Shown: piece by piece, positions 9,369 through 14,912 of the stretch
How the letters are laid out: each line of letters begins with the position of its first letter
How positions within the stretch are numbered: the first letter of the stretch is position 1
Source: an uncultured archaeon
Lineage (GTDB): Archaea > Asgardarchaeota > Lokiarchaeia > Sigyniarchaeales > Promethearchaeaceae
NCBI GenBank assembly: GCA_964426185.1
Contig: CAYRPF010000068.1
Location: 1 to 18,405, forward strand
Direction of reading: 5' to 3'
DNA length: 18,405 nucleotides
Notes under the pieces: model-generated
Databases searched by the model: none
What the model was told of the DNA's origin: nothing
The model's input: only the letters and a program-made list of their open reading frames with translations
Translations under genes and position numbers: made by a program

Positions 9369-9426
9369 AAAAAGAGTGATAAAAATGCAACATGAAGATA
9401 ACCCACAATTTTGTCGCAATAAATAA
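9337..9426 (+). CDS. Candidate 29-aa small ORF / leader peptide (MARRNNHGIIPKRVIKMQHEDNPQFCRNK)
   Basis: AGGAGG SD 7 nt upstream of ATG 9337, stop TAA at 9424-9426. No homology recognised. Confidence 0.25.
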   Translation: MARRNNHGIIPKRVIKMQHEDNPQFCRNK

Positions 9427-9582
9427 ATTTTTTATAATTCACCCAAAATTATAGAATAGGATGAAAGAAATCTTAAATAGATCCCGTTTTGAACGGATAT
9501 TAACCTACGAAAATTAACCTTCGTTTTTCGTAAATATAGCTTAATAGCTACGTATAAATATAGCTACACCGAGCGAATTATT

Positions 9583-11469
9583 ATGGTAGAAGTCGAACAA
9601 GAAATCACACACCTTCGTCGAATTGCAGAATCATTTGATGATTATCTGAAATTGGGGGATCTTTATCTTAAACTCCATAAATTCTTGGAAGCGCGCTATT
9701 ATTATTCCCAACTGATCAAACGTAATCCTAATGATATTCGCGGGTTTCTGAAAATGGGGTTTTTATCCATCTTATTGGATAATTATCGGGAGGCAAATAA
9801 TTATTATTCCGACGCTTTAAAACTGGACAATCGCAATATACATGCACTGATGGGTTTAGCCAAAGTTCATCTTCACTGGAATGGGTTGGAAAAGGCATTC
9901 TTTAATTTAACAACCGCTAATAAACTCATTTCACAGAATCCTGAGATTTTATTTCTTTTGGGAGTGGTGCATTTCCGCCGACTTGAGATCTTTTATGCTG
10001 AAAAATACCTACGTGAGGCTATAACACTGCTTCAAGTCGGAAAAACCACACTTAAGAAAGAACAAAGTAGTAAATTGGAATTTTTACAGGATGCGGCTTC
10101 ATTTTACTTGGGAACTGTCGAAGCTCAGAAAGGTCTGTATCAGAACGCCCTAAATGAATATACAATGTTGGAAGATCATACTTTCTTTAATACTGAACAC
10201 GCAGAAAATTACCAAGCCTTGTGGAACAATATTGGAATCGCCCAATACCGCTTAGGAGAATATGCTTATGCTAAAATTGCTTTCCAAAATGTGCTGGATA
10301 AACTTGAACCTTCGCAAGTAAAACCCCAGATTTGGGTAAATTTAGCCATGATTCATTGGATGCAAGAAGATTACAATTCTGCTACCCAAGCCTTGGAAAA
10401 TGCCCACAGAATTGCACCCACACTTTGGCCGTGGATGAAGGAACTGAAAGCATACCAGTCCCAAGGCTCTGCATGGTTGAAAGAAAGATTAGGGAACATG
10501 CTCACCGAAAATCCCGATCCAGATGGTGTAAATATTGGATTATATTTGGGTTGCGTTATTCCCAACCGTTATCCTTTTATCGATGCTGCCACCCGGCATG
10601 TGCTGAATGCACTTCAGGTAGGAGTAATGGAAATGGAAGGGGCGGGATGTTGTCCAGCTCCTGGTGTCTTTCGCTCCTTCGATATCAACACATGGCTCAC
10701 CTTAGGCGCACGTAATATTACCATCGCCGAAGAGATGAATCGAAATCTCTGTATCATGTGCAATGGCTGTTACGGAACTTTAAACGACATCAATACCGAA
10801 TTGAAACACGATACTGGTAAGCGAGAATATGTTAATGAAAAATTGAGCAAAATCGGTAAAACATATCAAGGTTTGGTTGAAGCAGAGCATTTAGTCTGGA
10901 TTTTATATCATGATGTGGGAATGGAAAAAATTAAGAAAATGATTACCCATAAACTGGACTTAAAAGTTGCAATCCACTACGGTTGTCACATCTTGAAACC
11001 CACTCACAACAAACCTTGGAAGGATGATTTTGAAACTCCCACCTTCCTTGACGAAATGGTGGAACTCACCGGTTGCACCTCCGTGGATTATCGAGATAAA
11101 CTAATGTGCTGTGGTGCAGGAGGAGGATTACGCGGCTCTGAAAAAGAAGTATCATTGGATTTCACCCGGGATAAATTGGAAGCCATGCGTCAGGCGGGAG
11201 TGGATATCATTGTAGATTGCTGTCCTTTCTGTCATCTACAATTTGATCTCGGTCAAATGGAGATTAATAGCATTTTCAAAGACCAAATTTCCAGCCCATT
11301 CTCCATCCCGGTTATCTATATCTCACAGCTACTCGGACTTGCAATGGGCATTGACCCTTTCTCCCTGGGTATTTTACGTCAGCCGAAACGAAATGGCGTG
11401 CCACCTTTTACTCCAGTAGATCCCCTTTTCACGCGACTGCAGCGAGATTTAGATCTCACCACCATTTAA
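9583..11469 (+). CDS. hdrB: TPR-repeat / heterodisulfide reductase subunit B fusion protein
   Basis: aa ~18-281 contain about 7 TPR-like 34-aa repeats. aa ~316-end is HdrB with both CCG domains intact (LGCVIP, GCCPAPG, CNGCYG; HYGCH, MCCGAGGG, CPFCHLQFD). No stop between the domains. Confidence 0.92.
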   Translation: MVEVEQEITHLRRIAESFDDYLKLGDLYLKLHKFLEARYYYSQLIKRNPNDIRGFLKMGFLSILLDNYREANNYYSDALKLDNRNIHALMGLAKVHLHWNGLEKAFFNLTTANKLISQNPEILFLLGVVHFRRLEIFYAEKYLREAITLLQVGKTTLKKEQSSKLEFLQDAASFYLGTVEAQKGLYQNALNEYTMLEDHTFFNTEHAENYQALWNNIGIAQYRLGEYAYAKIAFQNVLDKLEPSQVKPQIWVNLAMIHWMQEDYNSATQALENAHRIAPTLWPWMKELKAYQSQGSAWLKERLGNMLTENPDPDGVNIGLYLGCVIPNRYPFIDAATRHVLNALQVGVMEMEGAGCCPAPGVFRSFDINTWLTLGARNITIAEEMNRNLCIMCNGCYGTLNDINTELKHDTGKREYVNEKLSKIGKTYQGLVEAEHLVWILYHDVGMEKIKKMITHKLDLKVAIHYGCHILKPTHNKPWKDDFETPTFLDEMVELTGCTSVDYRDKLMCCGAGGGLRGSEKEVSLDFTRDKLEAMRQAGVDIIVDCCPFCHLQFDLGQMEINSIFKDQISSPFSIPVIYISQLLGLAMGIDPFSLGILRQPKRNGVPPFTPVDPLFTRLQRDLDLTTI

Positions 11470-11661
11470 ATTTAATTCCATTTATACGACTGGTATCATG
11501 GCCATCACTATCATTGGGATATCACTACCGTTGGCACTGTTATTATCAATGATACCATTACCCTTTTTTAACCCCAAACGCTATTGTTAATTATCACGAT
11601 TGCTCTCCAATCGAAGTAATTAATTTATTAAATAACCAATTAACTTTCTGAGGATAAAATC

Positions 11662-12417
11662 ATGACTTTCCCTAAACGATCAAAAAAAATTGATGATACT
11701 GAAATTAAAATCACCCACAAATACCTTGTAAAACAATACGACTTGATTCTCGATCGTATGAAATGCACTGGTTGCGGACAATGCTCAATTGTCTGTCCGA
11801 AAAATGCTATTCTTTTTGGTCCAGCCTCGGCAGTATACGAATCGAAACCTAAAGATTTAAACGCCGCCGTGGTCGACACGGTAGATCCCGATCTCTGTGT
11901 CATGTGCGGGACATGTCAAATCTTTTGCCCTTTTGATGCCATTAATTTGTATGAAGACGGCGAACTGGTAAAAACGGATTCTTTGGATTTGATCAAGCAC
12001 CATTCGGTTCCGAAATTGGAATCACGCGCAGTTCCTTGCTCCCGCTTAGGGCGTGATGGTAAAATTTACTGGGAGGGCAAAATTGAGGTTACCTATGAAA
12101 TGCCCATCGATAAAGAGGAATTCACGAAATATTATATGAATAAATGCCCGGGCGATTGCCACAAGTGCGAGCAAATATGTCCCACGGAGGCAATTACCTT
12201 TAAAGAATTGGAGGTTGCATGGGAATCGAAGAGTTTTATCGAAATCGATGATGAAAAATGTATTAAGTGTTCTGCTTGCATGAATGTTTGCCCTCAAGAT
12301 AATTTCAAGGTGTGGTGGACGGAGATCAACACAAGCGGGCCTTACAACCAGATATTTTGGGATCCGATTAAAAAGAAGCTGCTAAAGCAGGAAGTAGTAT
12401 TCACGAAAGAAGAATGA
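11662..12417 (+). CDS. Polyferredoxin (4 [4Fe-4S] motifs), resembling the N-terminal part of FwdF/FmdF
   Basis: CTGCGQCSIVCP, CVMCGTCQIFCPFDAI, variant CPGDCHKCEQICP, and CIKCSACMNVCP. SD-like GAGGA upstream. The FwdF likeness is recalled from family sequences, not searched. Confidence 0.8.
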   Translation: MTFPKRSKKIDDTEIKITHKYLVKQYDLILDRMKCTGCGQCSIVCPKNAILFGPASAVYESKPKDLNAAVVDTVDPDLCVMCGTCQIFCPFDAINLYEDGELVKTDSLDLIKHHSVPKLESRAVPCSRLGRDGKIYWEGKIEVTYEMPIDKEEFTKYYMNKCPGDCHKCEQICPTEAITFKELEVAWESKSFIEIDDEKCIKCSACMNVCPQDNFKVWWTEINTSGPYNQIFWDPIKKKLLKQEVVFTKEE

Positions 12418-12438
12418 TGAGGATGAATTATTTTTTTT

Positions 12439-12624
12439 CTAGTTGAGTTTTTTCTTATCAATTTTTTCCAGTTGATACTCCAAGGTTTTTTTGATTTTCA
12501 TTAGCCAATCAATTCTGTGGTTAATTATAGAAAGTCTTCTTTGAATTAACTCCCGTTCTTCAATAGATTTAGAGATTTCGCTAAAACGAGCAATATCATC
12601 AGAAGTATTCGAAAATTCTTGCAT
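12439..12624 (-). CDS. Small coiled-coil hypothetical protein (61 aa)
   Basis: Fills the gap convergent with the polyferredoxin. ATG start and heptad-like LIQRRLSIINHRIDWLMKIKKTLEYQLEKI. Confidence 0.55.
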   Translation of the reverse strand: MQEFSNTSDDIARFSEISKSIEERELIQRRLSIINHRIDWLMKIKKTLEYQLEKIDKKKLN

Positions 12625-12835
12625 TTAATCCACTTTTTAATTTTTCAAGATACTAATTAGTAGTATTATTTTATTTTTTGTGGGTCCTATAAAATTGTTT
12701 CTATACGTAATATAAATCTTGCTTTAAACAATCCAAAATGTTTATTAGAGAGAATAGAGTTTAATTTTCTGTAAGTAATTACCGAAATATATCGGAATTT
12801 TCTTCTACGGAAAGATTTGAAAAAGGAGCATATAG

Positions 12836-13660
12836 ATGACGGAATCGATCTCTTCCCGAATTTCATTAACGAAAGAATTCTCACTCCCTCCTATTGGATT
12901 AGGAACATATTCCTTAAAGGGAGAACGTTTAAAATCAGCTTTAGACTATGCACTGGAAATTGGATACAGATTAATAGACTCTGGTTCTTATTATGGAAAT
13001 GAAGAAGATATAGGAAAAGTAATTAGAGAATCAGAAATAAATCGTGAAGAAATTCTGCTCACTACAAAAGTCTGGAATACTGAGCAAGGATACGAATCGA
13101 CCTTAAAAGCTTTTGAGCGAAGTCGCAAAAAACTGCAGGTAGATTATATCGATCTTTATTTAATTCACTGGCCAGTCCCGATTTTACGGGAAGAAACTTG
13201 GAGGGCTTTAGAACATCTATATGATGAAGGTTTGTGCCGTGCAATTGGTGTAAGTAATTACTATTTCCCACATTTACAAGAGATTATTGATAACGGCCGT
13301 ATAGTTCCCATGGTAAACCAGATAGAACTTCACCCATTTTTAAATTTATCTGAACTTCTGGAATTTTGCCGAAAAAATAATATAATGGTTGAAGCATATT
13401 CACCGTTAACTAATGGATACATGCTCCGAGATGATAAATTATTGGAAATTGCGAAAAAATATCAGAGAACTCCTGCCCAAATGATGATACGTTGGAGTAT
13501 CCAAACAGGAGTAATTCCAATTCCAAAATCACAGCGTTTAGAGCGCATTGCTGAAAATGCAGAAGTTTTTGATTTCGTGATCAGCGCTAAAGATATGGAA
13601 ATGATGAATTCTTGGCATGAAAATCTCCATACTGATTGGGATCCTTCCGATGTACGCTAG
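12836..13660 (+). CDS. Aldo/keto reductase (AKR5 / glyoxal reductase / 2,5-DKG reductase-like)
   Basis: IGLGTY, catalytic tetrad in IDSGSYYGNE (D,Y), TTK (K) and LIHWP (H), plus AIGVSN, NQIELHP, AYSPL and IPKS. SD AAGGAG. Confidence 0.93.
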   Translation: MTESISSRISLTKEFSLPPIGLGTYSLKGERLKSALDYALEIGYRLIDSGSYYGNEEDIGKVIRESEINREEILLTTKVWNTEQGYESTLKAFERSRKKLQVDYIDLYLIHWPVPILREETWRALEHLYDEGLCRAIGVSNYYFPHLQEIIDNGRIVPMVNQIELHPFLNLSELLEFCRKNNIMVEAYSPLTNGYMLRDDKLLEIAKKYQRTPAQMMIRWSIQTGVIPIPKSQRLERIAENAEVFDFVISAKDMEMMNSWHENLHTDWDPSDVR

Positions 13661-13769
13661 ATAATGAAATATGGAAAAAATTAGTTATATAAACTATAAA
13701 TAAACGATTCAAACGAACTTCTACTTTCTTTTTTCTCTTCTGTTCCATTCTGTTCTTTTCTACTATTTT

Positions 13770-14633
13770 CTATACTTTTTCTTTAACTTCCGAGGTTTGG
13801 GTTTGGTTGTTTTCGATTTTTCTCTCACCTTTTCCTTTCAGTTGGTTTGAAAATCTGAGGAATAGATATCCACCTCCGATTAGAAACATCCAATAAACTA
13901 TCATTTCAATTAACGAAGGATTTCCGTTATAACCGAATAAACCTTTCAATATGCCTCCAAACACCCCATTTTCATCAAAAATTGGATTAATATCATAAAT
14001 ATGATCTATTATTATGGGTATAACTCCGGCTTCCTGGAATTCATGGATTCCATAAGCAATTAATCCTGCGGCTACGAAAATCAAGAAAATAGTGGTAAAT
14101 GCAAAGAATTTCTTGAGGTCAATTCTTATTGCACCAATATAAAGTAATACGCCTAATATAAGTGCAAATATTATTCCTAAAACAGCACCAATCAGAGAGT
14201 TTTCCGCAGAAAGTAAGGATGTTGAACCCAAGAAAATAACAGTTTCAATTCCTTCCCTTAACACAGAAACAAACACTAATGCGAAAATTCTCCACCGGGG
14301 AACCCTCTGAATGCTGGAATCTATCTTTTCTTCTAACCTTCGAATATAGTTAGACTGTTTCATCATCCATAAAATTAGGGTGATGATTAAAATCGCCCCT
14401 ATTGTCATAGTTATTCCTTCAAATATTTTTTCAGCCTGCCCTGTAAACCCACCCATTAATTGGGTGAATAAAAGGGCTCCGAATAGACTTACTAAAATAC
14501 CCGTTAGCACACCAAACCATGCGAATTTTCTTAAATTCGATTTGCCGATGCGGGAGAGATATCCCAAAACAACACCTACTATCAAAGCGGCTTCCAACGT
14601 TTCTCTAAATGTTATTATCAAACTTGTGATCAT
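13770..14633 (-). CDS. FTR1/EfeU-family iron permease
   Basis: Two RExxE motifs (RETLEA, REGIET), multiple hydrophobic helices, GIHEFQEAG and GLFGYNGNPS. Confidence 0.92.
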   Translation of the reverse strand: MITSLIITFRETLEAALIVGVVLGYLSRIGKSNLRKFAWFGVLTGILVSLFGALLFTQLMGGFTGQAEKIFEGITMTIGAILIITLILWMMKQSNYIRRLEEKIDSSIQRVPRWRIFALVFVSVLREGIETVIFLGSTSLLSAENSLIGAVLGIIFALILGVLLYIGAIRIDLKKFFAFTTIFLIFVAAGLIAYGIHEFQEAGVIPIIIDHIYDINPIFDENGVFGGILKGLFGYNGNPSLIEMIVYWMFLIGGGYLFLRFSNQLKGKGERKIENNQTQTSEVKEKV

Positions 14634-14694
14634 AGGGATTCACTTCTTCTAATAATTAAAAGAGGAAATTAAAAATATAAAGGAATTTAGAATA

Positions 14695-14710
14695 ATTAGA
14701 CATGACTAAT
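14695..14710. promoter_or_regulatory. Candidate DtxR/IdeR/MntR-family metal operator (TTAG-N6-CTAA) upstream of the FTR1 gene
   Basis: ATTAGACATGACTAAT near-palindrome 62-77 nt upstream of the FTR1 start, just downstream of a minus-strand TATA-like TTTATA (14722-14717). Confidence 0.45.
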
Positions 14711-14912
14711 ATTAAATATAAACAAAAAACTTAAATCACTTATTTACCACTTATCTCACTTAAATTAAGATATCACACAGATCGAAATGCTGAATAAATT
14801 TCCGCCAATTTTTCAAAAAGATAAAAAATTGTGGATTTCACTAAAAAATCATTAAAAAAATAAAAAAGATTGAAATTGAAAAAATAAATGGAAAATTATT
14901 AAATTAAAACTC

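Noticed and set aside
9486-9494. SurR-type GTTn3AAC site
   Set aside because: Too short to be significant, lacks the extended motif, and SurR is characterised in Thermococcales.
6099-11469. Interpreting the Hdr genes as evidence of methanogenesis
   Set aside because: No mcr, mtr or CoM/CoB biosynthesis genes are in the window, and HdrABC-MvhD is widespread in non-methanogens.
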